From positions 8,605 through 72,604 of the forward strand of contig DATBHS010000098.1 of the NCBI GenBank assembly GCA_036557345.1: DNA of 64,000 nucleotides. The letters run 5' to 3'. Below, piece by piece: positions 27,603-38,314 of the stretch. The notes below the pieces were generated by a model. The model was not told the origin of the DNA, did not search any database, and worked only from the letters and a program-made list of their open reading frames with translations. A program made the translations under genes and the position numbers. This stretch comes from Bryobacteraceae bacterium (GTDB lineage: Bacteria > Acidobacteriota > Terriglobia > Bryobacterales > Bryobacteraceae). Each line of letters opens with the position of its first letter. Positions within the stretch are counted from its first letter, which is position 1.

Positions 27603-29944
27603 TCGCGAGCCAGAAAGAATCGCCAAGTAATGTGACTGATGTGTTCGGGGCATCGCTTTCGCGCCGCGGCTTCGTGAAGACTGGTGGAGCGCTGCTGGTG
27701 GGCTTCGGCATAGCGGGGGCGAACGGTACCTCGAAGGTCGCTGCAGCCGTGACCGGCCACACGCTGAATCCCGGTTTATCGGAGTCCTGGATCGAGATCC
27801 ATGCCGACAACACGATGTTGATCCGCGTGGGCAAACCGGATTTCGGCACGGGAAGTGTGTTTACCGCGTATCGGCAGATTGTGGCGGAAGAGCTCAATGT
27901 GCCGTTTGAAGCCATCACGAGGGTTATTTCTGGCGATACCGATCGTACGCCGGATGGCAGCGGGGCATTCGATTTTCTCGGAGGCGGCATGCCGAATGTC
28001 CGCAAAGCTGCCGCGTATGTTCATCAGGCGCTGCTCGACTTGGCGTCCGAAAGGCTCGGTGTGCCAAAAGACCAGCTTTCAGTAAGGGACGGTATTGTTT
28101 CGGGCGGCGGTACGCGCGTGTCCTACGGCGAGCTTGTCAGAAACCGGAAGTTGAACCTTACGATTCCGGTGAAGGGCGATGTGACCAGTATGGATGGATT
28201 GACGGTAGACGGAGATCCTCCCCTTAAGCCCGTCAGTCAATACGCGATCATCGGCAAATCCTTCTCTAACCCGGTCACCGTTTCAAAAGTGACTGCCAGG
28301 GAAACATGGGTTACCGACGTGCGTCTCCCCGGCATGTTGCATGCCCGCATGGTGCATCCGAAGACGCTGGGCTCCAAGCTCGTCTCTGTAGGTCCTCTCG
28401 ATAAGGCTCGCTTTCCGAATACGCAAGTCGTTGTCAAAGGAAATCTGGTCGGCGTGGTTGCACCCACAGAATGGGAAGCCATCAAGGCGGCGCAACAGGT
28501 TGCCGCAGGCACAAAGTGGACGGACTGGAAAGGGCTTCCCGGAGATGGACGTCTGTTCCAATTTCTGAAAGAGGATGCGGACTGGAAAACCACCCCCACC
28601 CAGACGAGTAAAAAATCGACCGGCGATGTGGCTTCGGTACTTGCGAAATCCTCAAAGAAGCTTTCGGCGACATACCAGCTTCCCTTTCTGAAGCATGCGC
28701 CCATTGGCCCGGCGATGGCGGTAGGGGACGTTCGCTCTGACGGGACCGTATATGTGTACACGCACACCCAGAACCCCCAAGCGCTGCGATCCGGGATCGC
28801 GCGCATGCTTTCCACTTCTGTAGACCGCGTCATCGTGCGTTCTTTCGCAGGGCCCGGACACTACGGCCGGTCGAACGGGGGCAATGCCGGGGCGGAAGAT
28901 GAAGCAGTCATTCTGTCGCAGGTGGTGGGCAAGCCCGTTCGCGTGCAGTGGATGCGCCAGGAAGACTTCCAGTGGTCGACGCAATCCTCCGCCGCTTTCT
29001 CGGATGTTGAGATCGGCCTTGATACTCAAGGCAATTTAGCCGGTCTTCAAATCGATCACTACATGCCTGCGATGCAGGACGACCGCCTCGTTGGTGCGAT
29101 CCTGGCCGGGCTTCCCACCATTCCCGCGCCCAATGAGAAAGGCGCTGTCATCGGCGTCGAGAATGATTCGCAGGATCCCTGGATCTATGACGGCACGCCT
29201 GCTGTGCTGGAACGTGGTCACGGAACATTTCAGATCGGGCAGAACTCTTCGCCCGTTAGTATCGGGCTGCGCGATCACAGCATGAGGACGCCAGGGCAGT
29301 ATCAGCAGAACTTCCCGCGCGAGCTGGCCGTCACGGAGGCGGCTGTGCTTGCCGGAGCGGACCCGCTTCAGTTTCGGATTCAACACACCCGCGAGAAACG
29401 GCTGATAGCCGTACTGGAATCCGTTCGCGATACTTCCGGGTGGAAGACGCATTCGGAGACCGCGAGCACTACCGGCGGTGTGAGTCGAGGCCAGGGCGTA
29501 TCGGCCCTGTTCCGTGGCGGAAGTTATTGGGCGTGTGTGGCCAACATCGCAGTCGATATGACCAGTGGCGCCATCAAGGTTGAAAAGATGACGGTCGCGG
29601 TGGACCCGGGCATTGTCATCAATCCGTTGCAGTTGAAGCGCCAGGTGGAGGGCGGCACGGTCATGGGGCTCAGCATGACGTTGCTGGAGGAACTACGCTT
29701 CGACGAGAGCGGCATCGTCACGAGTGACTGGAGGAGCTACCCGATTGCGACCATGGGGGATCTCCCCGAAATCAAGGTTGTTCTCATAAACCGGCCCGAG
29801 GTCGGGAAATACGGCCAGGGCTCTGAGGCTGCCAATGCTCTCGCTGCCTCCGCTATCGCCGGAGCTCTTTTCGATGCCACCGGGAAGGTCGCGCGCCGTC
29901 TTCCTCTCAAGCCAGCTTATGTCCAGGCGCTACTGAAGGCCTGA
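27599..29944 (+). CDS. Molybdopterin-binding large subunit (IorB-like aldehyde oxidase/xanthine dehydrogenase family)
   Basis: 781 aa. Tat-like signal SRRGFVKTGGALLVGFG. Overlaps the small-subunit stop by 4 nt. Confidence 0.85.
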   Translation: MIASQKESPSNVTDVFGASLSRRGFVKTGGALLVGFGIAGANGTSKVAAAVTGHTLNPGLSESWIEIHADNTMLIRVGKPDFGTGSVFTAYRQIVAEELNVPFEAITRVISGDTDRTPDGSGAFDFLGGGMPNVRKAAAYVHQALLDLASERLGVPKDQLSVRDGIVSGGGTRVSYGELVRNRKLNLTIPVKGDVTSMDGLTVDGDPPLKPVSQYAIIGKSFSNPVTVSKVTARETWVTDVRLPGMLHARMVHPKTLGSKLVSVGPLDKARFPNTQVVVKGNLVGVVAPTEWEAIKAAQQVAAGTKWTDWKGLPGDGRLFQFLKEDADWKTTPTQTSKKSTGDVASVLAKSSKKLSATYQLPFLKHAPIGPAMAVGDVRSDGTVYVYTHTQNPQALRSGIARMLSTSVDRVIVRSFAGPGHYGRSNGGNAGAEDEAVILSQVVGKPVRVQWMRQEDFQWSTQSSAAFSDVEIGLDTQGNLAGLQIDHYMPAMQDDRLVGAILAGLPTIPAPNEKGAVIGVENDSQDPWIYDGTPAVLERGHGTFQIGQNSSPVSIGLRDHSMRTPGQYQQNFPRELAVTEAAVLAGADPLQFRIQHTREKRLIAVLESVRDTSGWKTHSETASTTGGVSRGQGVSALFRGGSYWACVANIAVDMTSGAIKVEKMTVAVDPGIVINPLQLKRQVEGGTVMGLSMTLLEELRFDESGIVTSDWRSYPIATMGDLPEIKVVLINRPEVGKYGQGSEAANALAASAIAGALFDATGKVARRLPLKPAYVQALLKA

Positions 29945-29996
29945 GCGGTTACTCTCGTTTCATGAAGCAGCACGCCGACAGTGGTAGTGTGCTTCC

Positions 29997-31538
29997 GTGA
30001 CCTTTTTTGAAAGCCTTCTAGTGCTTCTGCTCGCGGCAGTCGTATTGCTGCAGGTTTCGCGACGGCTTTCGCTTCCCTATCCGGCCATGCTGGCGGCTGC
30101 CGGAGTGGCTGTTGCCCTTATTCCCGGATCGCCGGCCATCGCTTTCGAGCCTGATACGGCGCTGGCTCTCTTCATGGCGCCTGTCGTCCTCGATGCTGCT
30201 TTTGATTTCCCGATTGGCGCGGCGCGGCGCATGCAGCGGCAATTGATTGTCTTTGCGGTGTTCGCAGTTATAGCCACGGCTGCCCTGGTGGCTTGGATCG
30301 GGTGGAAGCTGATCGGCCTGCCAGTCGCTGCTGCCGTCGCGCTTGGAGCCATTGTGGCGCCGCCCGATGCCGCAGCGGCCACAGCCGTACTCCGGTCTGT
30401 GTCCATTCCGAGACACGCCGACGCTGTTCTGAAAGGCGAGAGCCTCTTCAATGACGCAACGGCTTTGCTTCTCTTTAGCGCTGCTTTGGCCGTGCTCTCG
30501 AGTGGCCATCTCACGCCTGGTGTGGGACTCCGAATTTCCCTTGCAGTTCCCGGAGGCTTATTGTTCGGTATCGTTTGCGCATTATTTTTTCGCCGAATCT
30601 ACCGGTTCGTGACAAACACATTGGGCGGCAATCTCCTCCAGTTTGTTGTTGCGTACCTGATCTGGATTTTGGCGGAGCACTTGCGGTTGTCTGCAGTGCT
30701 GAGCACCATCGCGTTTGCGATGACGGCTGCGCGCACTGTGGCGGTGAGTGAGGGAACGCGGATGCGAGTACAGTCTTTCGCTGTATGGAGTGCAGTTGTC
30801 TTCACGCTCAATGTTTTTGCATTTCTGTTGATGGGACTGCAGGGTAGGAGCATCATTACCCGAATGGAATCCAGGCATCTGAAAGAAGCGCTCCTGTTTG
30901 CGGGTTTGGTCGTGCTGGCGGTCGTGGTTGCGCGGCTTGCGATTGTCATTGGCTTCGATCGGCTGAACGCTTGGTGGGAATTCCTCCGTGGTCGCCAGCA
31001 GCCCGCTTCTTGGCGTCAAGCCGTCCTCGAATCCTGGACCGGCATGCGAGGATTCGTTACACTGGCAACCGCGATTGCGCTGCCCGCCTCGTTTCCACAG
31101 CGCGATCTGGTTGTCTTGACAGCCTTCTTCGTGGTGCTTGCCACGCTTGTTGTACAGGGCCTCACGCTGCCTCCGCTCGTTCGCCTCCTGAAGTTGGATG
31201 AAGGCGAAGCTCTCAATCGGGAAGTTGCGAGAGGCAGGTGCCGCCTGGCGAACGCGGCTTTGACCGCTCTGGAACCACAGACCGGAGTGGAAGCAGATAA
31301 CGTGCGGTACGGTTACGAGATTCAGCGGGATGCGATAAAAGACGCATCAGGAGCTGGCTCACTCCACAAAAGACGCGAACTCGGATTGTCGGCGGTACGA
31401 GAGCAGCGGCGAGAATTGGAGCGGATGCGAACAGATGACATGATCGGAGCCGATACCTACCTCTTGTTGCAAGAGGAACTCGACTGGACCGAACTCACAT
31501 TGCTTTGTGACGATGAGCGGCGCATCGAGGAGAGTTGA
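29997..31538 (+). CDS. Na+/H+ antiporter (CPA1/NhaP-like)
   Basis: 513 aa with about 11-12 TM helices. Motifs VAPPDAAAATAVL and ESLFNDATAL. Cytoplasmic C-terminal tail. Confidence 0.8.
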   Translation: MTFFESLLVLLLAAVVLLQVSRRLSLPYPAMLAAAGVAVALIPGSPAIAFEPDTALALFMAPVVLDAAFDFPIGAARRMQRQLIVFAVFAVIATAALVAWIGWKLIGLPVAAAVALGAIVAPPDAAAATAVLRSVSIPRHADAVLKGESLFNDATALLLFSAALAVLSSGHLTPGVGLRISLAVPGGLLFGIVCALFFRRIYRFVTNTLGGNLLQFVVAYLIWILAEHLRLSAVLSTIAFAMTAARTVAVSEGTRMRVQSFAVWSAVVFTLNVFAFLLMGLQGRSIITRMESRHLKEALLFAGLVVLAVVVARLAIVIGFDRLNAWWEFLRGRQQPASWRQAVLESWTGMRGFVTLATAIALPASFPQRDLVVLTAFFVVLATLVVQGLTLPPLVRLLKLDEGEALNREVARGRCRLANAALTALEPQTGVEADNVRYGYEIQRDAIKDASGAGSLHKRRELGLSAVREQRRELERMRTDDMIGADTYLLLQEELDWTELTLLCDDERRIEES

Positions 31539-31676
31539 GTTAAGAAGTATTAGATAGGGCAGACCCTTGGCCTGCTCGGGATGGCCATGTCCGGCTTGAA
31601 GCTGAGCCGCGCGGGAGTGCCCTCTCGGCCAAGCGGTTCGCATCAGTCATGTTAACGAGGTCACTGGGGCACGTCA

Positions 31677-33566
31677 CTAATCGGCCAGGATCGCGGGCGC
31701 AATCCCGAGTGTGCGGGCAATGTCAGACCACCCGGTATCCAAAAGAAGCATCTTCGACAAGTACGCGCGCACCAGACCCGTGAATAGAATCATCTTCGTA
31801 TCGCGTTGCTCGATTGCTCTTGCGGCCCAGTCCGCTGCCTGCCGCATTTCCGAGCAGCCCACATGGAACAATAACAGGCCCATCGGTGTCCCATACTGAT
31901 CTTCAGTGAGGAGCCCGTCACGCAATTCACTGGCACGATTTACTTCGCCCGTAGATCTCAGAATGCCTCCGAGAAGTCCTCTCGTCGTTGTGCTCCAAGG
32001 GGCGAGGGAGTAAGCTCTTTCGGCTGCGGTTAGTGCCTCTTTGTGCAAGCCTCGTACTGCCTGGCTCAAGGACAGCAGATAATAGGGCTGGTAAAGGCTC
32101 GGGTAAAGCTCTGAGAGCTGTCGTAGCTGAGCCTCCCCAGCCTCCGCCTTGCCTCCCGCGAGGAGCCCGCCCGCATAATGGAATCCGCCCATGAAGTTTA
32201 ACGGGTCGTCTTGCATGCCGCACATACACTGTCGCACTGATTCTCCGGTTCGACCCATCGGTAAAAGATAGGAGAAGCTGTAATACCAGCGAACGTACGC
32301 CGGAATGGGCTCGCGAGCCATGGCCAGGCGAAACCGGCGTTCTGCCTCGTTGTAATCGTAATCGTAAAGCGCGGCAACCATTCCAAGCACAGCGTGCGCT
32401 TCTTGCGACGTTGGATCGAGATCCAGCGTGGTTTTTGCGGCCGAGCGTGCCAGCGGCATGGCGCTGTGGGCGGCCGTGATCCCGGGAAGAACAAGGGAGA
32501 CCAGGGCCATGGCCAGTCCGCTGTGCGCCAAAGCAAACCCGGCATCTAGCGCAATCGCCTGCTCATAGAAATCCCTGCTTCGTGGCAGGGATTCGCGTGT
32601 GAATGCGGCCATACAATGCCGCGCCTTGAGGTACGCCTCGTAAGCTGGCAACTGAGGAATGTACTGCCTGGAGGTACCGGTGAGGTGTACCCGTAGTGCT
32701 GTGGCGACTGCTTGGGCGATCTCACCCTGAACGGCGAATATATCTGCCATCTCCCGGTCGTACCGCTCGGACCAAAGATGGCATCCATCAATAGCTGCGA
32801 TGAGCTCCGCGGTTACACGGACACGGGTGCCTGCTCTCCGCACACTGCCTTCGACAATGTTTGCGACTCCCAGTGCGCTGGCAATAACTCGGATGTCGTC
32901 CTGCTTGCCTTTAAAGGCAAACGCGGAGGTGCGCGCGATCACCTTAAGGCCAGGCACGTGCGCCAGCTCGTTTATGATCTCTTCTGCCAAGCCGTCAGAG
33001 AAATATTCGTTCTCCGGTTCGCCGCTCGTGTTAGCGAAGGGCAGTACGGCGACGGAAGCACGCTGCTCCGGGCGCCCCCAAGTTGCACCTGCCAAAGAGC
33101 TTGCGGCAGCGGGAGCGAAAGGAGCAACTCCCTGCTGAGATGGTTTCTCCGGCTCTCGCGACACTGGCGCGATAAAGCGGTACCCGCGTCGCGCCAGCGT
33201 CTCTATATATCGCGGGTTTTCCGCCGAGTCCTGCAGCGAATCGCGCAGCCGTTTCACGGCCGCATTGATACTGTGCTCAAACTCTACAACCGTGTTGTTG
33301 GGCCACAATTTTCTTCGGATTTCTTCCCGCAAGACCACTTCGCCTGGACATGCCAGCAGTTCGACGAGTATTTGAAAGGGCTGCTCTTGGAGCCTGATTT
33401 TGTGACCGTTCTTGCGCAGCTCTGCTGCTCGAAGATCGAGTTCAAAGACGCCAAAACGCACTGTCGAAGGCACGGAGGCGTCCGGACCGGACTGAGCTTT
33501 CTGTTCCACCTTCGGATTTTGCCTGTCGTGGCTAGGACGAAAGTCTATCATCTTTTCGGTTCTCAA
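31677..33566 (-). CDS. Winged-helix (OmpR/CadC-type) DNA-binding protein with TolB-N-like and TPR-like C-terminal region
   Basis: FGVFELDLRAAELRKNGHKIRLQEQPFQILVELL...ARRGYRF is a trans_reg_C domain. It is followed by VAVLPFANTSGEPENEYFSDGLAEEIINEL and helical repeats. Confidence 0.7.
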   Translation of the reverse strand: MRTEKMIDFRPSHDRQNPKVEQKAQSGPDASVPSTVRFGVFELDLRAAELRKNGHKIRLQEQPFQILVELLACPGEVVLREEIRRKLWPNNTVVEFEHSINAAVKRLRDSLQDSAENPRYIETLARRGYRFIAPVSREPEKPSQQGVAPFAPAAASSLAGATWGRPEQRASVAVLPFANTSGEPENEYFSDGLAEEIINELAHVPGLKVIARTSAFAFKGKQDDIRVIASALGVANIVEGSVRRAGTRVRVTAELIAAIDGCHLWSERYDREMADIFAVQGEIAQAVATALRVHLTGTSRQYIPQLPAYEAYLKARHCMAAFTRESLPRSRDFYEQAIALDAGFALAHSGLAMALVSLVLPGITAAHSAMPLARSAAKTTLDLDPTSQEAHAVLGMVAALYDYDYNEAERRFRLAMAREPIPAYVRWYYSFSYLLPMGRTGESVRQCMCGMQDDPLNFMGGFHYAGGLLAGGKAEAGEAQLRQLSELYPSLYQPYYLLSLSQAVRGLHKEALTAAERAYSLAPWSTTTRGLLGGILRSTGEVNRASELRDGLLTEDQYGTPMGLLLFHVGCSEMRQAADWAARAIEQRDTKMILFTGLVRAYLSKMLLLDTGWSDIARTLGIAPAILAD

Positions 33567-33735
33567 TCGGATACGTCACTTAAGTTCCCAAACAGTAATC
33601 ACATGGCTCGTGACTAACCCGTGATCTGCATATCAGTGCCGTTGCATCGACAAATCGGTTCCGCCGGCCTAACTTGACCTCACCTGTACCCGAGTTGGGT
33701 AACTGGGACTTCAAGTTCGAAAGGGGAAACAGCCG

Positions 33736-34770
33736 ATGGCGGTTCTTAGAAGCGGAAAAGCCATGAAACGCAAAGTCGGAACGCTTGTGCGCGCAGCTCT
33801 CTGTGCTTTCGCTATCGGGCTGACTGCTCTCTCCGCTGAAGCGCAGTCCAGACATGAATCCCAGGAAGCTGAGGCAGTATCCGAGCAGCAGCTACTTGCG
33901 GCACGTAGCAAGCAGCACGCCGGTGAATACAATGCTGCCCGGGACCTTCTGCTGCAAGCGCTACCCAATGCCCCGAATTCGGCCGCCCTGCTCGATGCAC
34001 TCGGTTCAGTGCAACAGGATTTGGGAGAATACCTCGAAGCAGAGCGCTCCTATCTCCATGCGCTCAGCGCTTCTGCACAAAGCGAGGGCGATCCCGAGCG
34101 CGTTGCTATTCTACATAATCTCGGAACTCTATACCTCGACACCGGTCAACACTCGAAAGGAGAGCGAGTACGCGAGCAGCTCAAAAAGTTGCGGCCTCAA
34201 ACGCTGCATGACCATCCTGCCGAGACAGCAGCGTTGCTGAACGTCATTGCGTGCCTGGAGCATGCACGGAATCGAGACGACGAGGCCGAGCGCTATTATT
34301 CAGAATCCCTGCGCTTCTTTCACCAGGCGCACGGACCTGTCAGTGTAGATGCTGCACTCGTGAAGGCCAATCTCGGATTCCTGCGCTTCGAGGACCGCCG
34401 ATACGAATCCGCTGCCGGCCTTTTCCGGCAGGCTATCCGCGAAATTGAGGTCGCCTCCGGTCCTGAGAATCCCGCACTGATCCGACTATTGGTGAACCTG
34501 GCCAGATGCGAAAACATGAGTGGTCATATGAATGACGCAGAGCCAGCGGCTCGGCGCGCTGTCAGACTCTCAGTTAAGATCTTCGGCGAAGGACACTTGG
34601 TGACTGCAACCGCGATGCTCGAACAGGCAACCACATTACACCAGCTCGGACACAAAAAGATGGCACGTGATCTGGAAAAACGCGCTAAAGCCTGGCTGCG
34701 AGATAATCCCACGAGAAATCCGGCGGGCTACACGGTCAGCGTGCGCGATCTGGCGGCCCTTTCTCGATGA
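33736..34770 (+). CDS. Secreted tetratricopeptide repeat protein
   Basis: 344 aa. Has a signal peptide and repeated TPR_12-like units (LHNLGTLYLDTGQHSKGE, LLNVIACLEHARNRDDEAERYY). Confidence 0.7.
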   Translation: MAVLRSGKAMKRKVGTLVRAALCAFAIGLTALSAEAQSRHESQEAEAVSEQQLLAARSKQHAGEYNAARDLLLQALPNAPNSAALLDALGSVQQDLGEYLEAERSYLHALSASAQSEGDPERVAILHNLGTLYLDTGQHSKGERVREQLKKLRPQTLHDHPAETAALLNVIACLEHARNRDDEAERYYSESLRFFHQAHGPVSVDAALVKANLGFLRFEDRRYESAAGLFRQAIREIEVASGPENPALIRLLVNLARCENMSGHMNDAEPAARRAVRLSVKIFGEGHLVTATAMLEQATTLHQLGHKKMARDLEKRAKAWLRDNPTRNPAGYTVSVRDLAALSR

Positions 34771-34825
34771 AGTATGTCTTTACGAAACGGACCGCGTGCC
34801 GGATTTGAACGTTAATCGGTAAGTG

Positions 34826-36736
34826 CTACTCTTCCAAGGTAGAAATATCCCCAAGCTCCCTTCCCAATTCCTGAGCCTTTAGCAGGCGCCGCATGATTTT
34901 TCCGCTGCGCGTCTTGGGCAGCTTCTCTGGGAATGCGATTTCGGCAGGGACTGCGATTGCCCCCAAAACGTGGCGCACGTGATCTTTGAGTTTCGCTTCC
35001 AGCTCCAGTGATGCCGTGTGTCCAATTCTCAAAATCACGAACGCCTTAATGTTTTCCCCTTTGATCTCATCCGGACGCCCGATGACTGCCGCCTCCGCAA
35101 CCGCCGGATGGCTTACCAGCGCGCCCTCTACATCGGCCGTACCAATGCGATGGCCCGCTACGTTCAGCACGTCATCTGCTCGTCCCACAACAGTGAAGTA
35201 ACCATTTTCATCGCAAACAGCTACGTCTCCAGTCCAATATGCATTGCGTATTTTGCTCCAGTCTTCCGCATAGCGTTCTGGGTCGCCATACACAGTGCGG
35301 AACATGTGTGGAAACGGGCGTCGCAGCACTAGCAGGCCGCCTTTGTTGGGCGGCAGCGAGTTGCCTTGTGCATCCACCACGTCTGCTATTACACCGGGCA
35401 GCGGCTTGCCCGCCTTTGCCGGGCGTGCCGCGAAGACGGGCAGCGTTCCGAGGCAGGGGCCGCCCGTCTCTGTCTGCCACCAGTTGTCGGCCACAAACCC
35501 CCATTGACCATTGCCGCAGAGCACGCGATGAGCCCACAGCATGGCCTCCGGGTTGAGCGGTTCGCCCGCACAGGTGAACAGGCGGATGCTCCGCAGATCA
35601 TAACCCTGTGGGAGCTGATCGCCATGACGCATGAACATGCGCACCGCCGTGGGTGCGGTAAAAATCACGGAAGCGCGGTAGCGCTCGACCAGTTCCCACG
35701 CAATTGCCGGGTGCGGAAAATCGATCGCGCCCTCGCGAAACAGCGTTGTCGCTCCCGCCAGCAGCGGTGCATACACGATGTAAGAATGTCCCACGGCCCA
35801 CCCGATGTCTGACGTGCAGAAGAACACGTCGTCATCGCGGATGTCCCAAAAGCGGGTCATATGGTAATAGATGCCGACCATGTACCCACCATGGACGTGC
35901 ACCACGCCCTTGGGCTTCCCAGTAGTCCCACTGGTGTAAAGGATGTAGAGAGGATCCTCGGCATCCATGACCGCGGGTGCGCAATCGGTGGACTGTTTGC
36001 TCACCAAGTCGTAGAAATCCGTCTCGTGCAGCTCAAGCTCCAGAGGAGGCTGCGTGCGCCGCAGTACCACTACCTTGTCGATCGCCTCCAGTCCAGAGAT
36101 AGCCTCCTGCACAATGGACCGCAATCCCACGCGCTTGCCTCGGCGGTTGCATACATCGGCCGTAAGGATCACTCGCGCCTGCGCGTCCTGAATGCGACTG
36201 CGCAACGCTTGCACGCTGAATCCTGCGTACACTACCGAATGTATTGCGCCGATACGGGCGCACGCGAGCATCGAGACTACGCCTTCCAGCATGACCGGCA
36301 TGTAGATGACGACTCGATCACCCTTCCTTACGCCCAGCGAAAGTAGGCCGTTGGCGGTGCGCGACACGAAGTCCAGCAACTGACCATAGGTGATTTGCCG
36401 CTCGGTTCCGTCTTCCGTAGTCCAGATGTACGCAACCTTGTTCTTGCGTTTCTCGATTTGGCGATCCAGACAGTTATGGGTGATGTTGCACTTCGCACCC
36501 TGGAACCACTCAAAGATCGGGTACTTCCAATCAAAAGCCTTGTGCCAGGGTTGGAACCATTCCAATTCCTGCGCCACTCCAGCCCAAAAGCCTTCGGCAT
36601 CTTCAACTGAACGCCTGTACTCGGCTGTATAATCCTTGAGACGAGCCTGCGAAACCAGCGAGGCGGGCGCATGAAACTCGGCTTCAGCCCGTAAGAGCTG
36701 CTCGATTCCTTCGCTCCGTACGGCGTGAAGTGACAT
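34826..36736 (-). CDS. acs: Acetyl-CoA synthetase-type AMP-forming acyl-CoA ligase
   Basis: 636 aa. AMP-binding motif YTSGTTGKPKGV and WWQTETGG. The C-terminal end PKTRSGKIMRRLL is typical of Acs. Confidence 0.8.
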   Translation of the reverse strand: MSLHAVRSEGIEQLLRAEAEFHAPASLVSQARLKDYTAEYRRSVEDAEGFWAGVAQELEWFQPWHKAFDWKYPIFEWFQGAKCNITHNCLDRQIEKRKNKVAYIWTTEDGTERQITYGQLLDFVSRTANGLLSLGVRKGDRVVIYMPVMLEGVVSMLACARIGAIHSVVYAGFSVQALRSRIQDAQARVILTADVCNRRGKRVGLRSIVQEAISGLEAIDKVVVLRRTQPPLELELHETDFYDLVSKQSTDCAPAVMDAEDPLYILYTSGTTGKPKGVVHVHGGYMVGIYYHMTRFWDIRDDDVFFCTSDIGWAVGHSYIVYAPLLAGATTLFREGAIDFPHPAIAWELVERYRASVIFTAPTAVRMFMRHGDQLPQGYDLRSIRLFTCAGEPLNPEAMLWAHRVLCGNGQWGFVADNWWQTETGGPCLGTLPVFAARPAKAGKPLPGVIADVVDAQGNSLPPNKGGLLVLRRPFPHMFRTVYGDPERYAEDWSKIRNAYWTGDVAVCDENGYFTVVGRADDVLNVAGHRIGTADVEGALVSHPAVAEAAVIGRPDEIKGENIKAFVILRIGHTASLELEAKLKDHVRHVLGAIAVPAEIAFPEKLPKTRSGKIMRRLLKAQELGRELGDISTLEE

Positions 36737-36951
36737 AGCTCTCCGTTCGCCTTGTGACTATACCAGCAATTCGCAAATCATGCGCGGATACAATCAGCGC
36801 TCGTAAACCAGTAAACATTTGAAAGGGGCGTTTGGACATCGCGCGTTGACCATTCGCCCCTACACGCCGATATGTGGAGTTTATCCGCAGCCCCGGTTAT
36901 TCTCAAAGAGGGCAAGCCGGGCTAACGTCGGAGTTGCCGGTTTCTGTGGGT

Positions 36952-38199
36952 ATGGCGGAAGAGCAAGAAATCCTATACCTCTCGGAACTACTGAAGGTCG
37001 AAGTGTACGACCTGAAGGGCCGTCGCATCGGAACTCTGCGCGACGCGGCTCTCGTCCCGCTCATTGACCCCGTTCGCCTCGATCGCTTCCTGGTCGGCGC
37101 CGGGCCCGGCTGGTTGAGCATCCGTTACGATCAGATCCAAACCATCGGTACGGATGGCATTCATCTTAAAGATGAGCGTCTGACGCCTTATCATTCCGAC
37201 GAGTACATGCTGCGCATGGTTCGCGATCTGCTCGACCAGCAGATCATCGACGCGCAGGGGCGGAAGGTTGTGCGCGTCAACGACATCACGTTCCTGAAGG
37301 AGCGCGAAAACGGAAGCGAGGTCCTGCATATCCTCGAAGTCGATATCGGGCTGCGCTCCATCGTCCGCCGTCTCCTCCGTGGCATCGTATCTCCCGCCAC
37401 GATACGAACCGTGCAGAGCCGCATACCCACGCACTCCATTCGTTGGGAGTTCTGCAACATCTTGGAATCTGATCCGCAGCGCCGGGTGCGACTGAACATC
37501 TCGAACAAGCTGCTTGAAAACATGCATCCGGCGGACCTGGCCGATATTGTTGAGGAACTCAGCCACGAAGATCGTGCGGCCATCTTCAACACTATGGACA
37601 GCGAGACCGCGGCCGAACTGCTGAGCGAAGTCGATCCCGACCTTCAGACGCGCATTATCGAATCGCTCAAAACCGATAAAGCGGCCGAGATTCTCGAAGA
37701 AATGGAGCCGTCCGAAGCCGCCGACCTGCTTAACGAGCTCGAAGAAGAGCGTTCGGAAGAAATCCTCGAGGAGATGGAGCCCGAGGACAAGGAAGAGGTC
37801 GAGGAGTTGCTGGATTTTCGAGACGACAGCGCGGGCGGCATCATGGACACCGGTTACTTGGCCTTAATTGATACCGCTACCGTGGCTGAAGCAATGCAGG
37901 ACCTCCGTAAGGACGAGGAAGCGCTCGAAAATCTGCACACTATCTTTCTCGTCGATTCCGATCATCATTTACGGCACAGCGTTCCTCTTGCGAAGTTGCT
38001 CTTTGCCCAAGGCGATACTCTATTGAAGAATCTGGCCTCCGATCCTCTGTTGTACGTTCAGGCCGATGAAAGACAGGATCGCGTAGCCGAGATGTTCGAC
38101 AAATACAACCTCCTCACGTTACCCGTCGTCGATGAACACGAACGGCTCATCGGGGTTATCACAGTTGATGACGTCGTTGCGCTCCTGCGCGAAACCTGA
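36952..38199 (+). CDS. PRC-barrel + MgtE-N + CBS-pair protein lacking the MgtE membrane domain
   Basis: ATG at 36952. Has an acidic MgtE_N helical region (ADIVEELSHEDRAAIFNTMDSETAAELLSEV...) and tandem CBS (LTLPVVDEHERLIGVITVDDVV). It ends right after CBS with no TM segment. Confidence 0.7.
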   Translation: MAEEQEILYLSELLKVEVYDLKGRRIGTLRDAALVPLIDPVRLDRFLVGAGPGWLSIRYDQIQTIGTDGIHLKDERLTPYHSDEYMLRMVRDLLDQQIIDAQGRKVVRVNDITFLKERENGSEVLHILEVDIGLRSIVRRLLRGIVSPATIRTVQSRIPTHSIRWEFCNILESDPQRRVRLNISNKLLENMHPADLADIVEELSHEDRAAIFNTMDSETAAELLSEVDPDLQTRIIESLKTDKAAEILEEMEPSEAADLLNELEEERSEEILEEMEPEDKEEVEELLDFRDDSAGGIMDTGYLALIDTATVAEAMQDLRKDEEALENLHTIFLVDSDHHLRHSVPLAKLLFAQGDTLLKNLASDPLLYVQADERQDRVAEMFDKYNLLTLPVVDEHERLIGVITVDDVVALLRET

Positions 38200-38314
38200 A
38201 TTCTTGTCAGGCTTCGAAGATTTTGGTGGCGCAGAGCTGTGCCCTGCGCCGCGAGCGTCGGCCAGCTCTTCGAGCTTGCGCTGCCACGTGGCGTGAGCCG
38301 CGCCGCAACTCCTG

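Noticed and set aside
38227-38249. GGCGCAG-9 nt-CTGCGCC hairpin between the convergent mgtE-like and di-haem genes as a bidirectional intrinsic terminator.
   Set aside because: The stem is real, but neither side has a U-tract, so I cannot support a terminator call.
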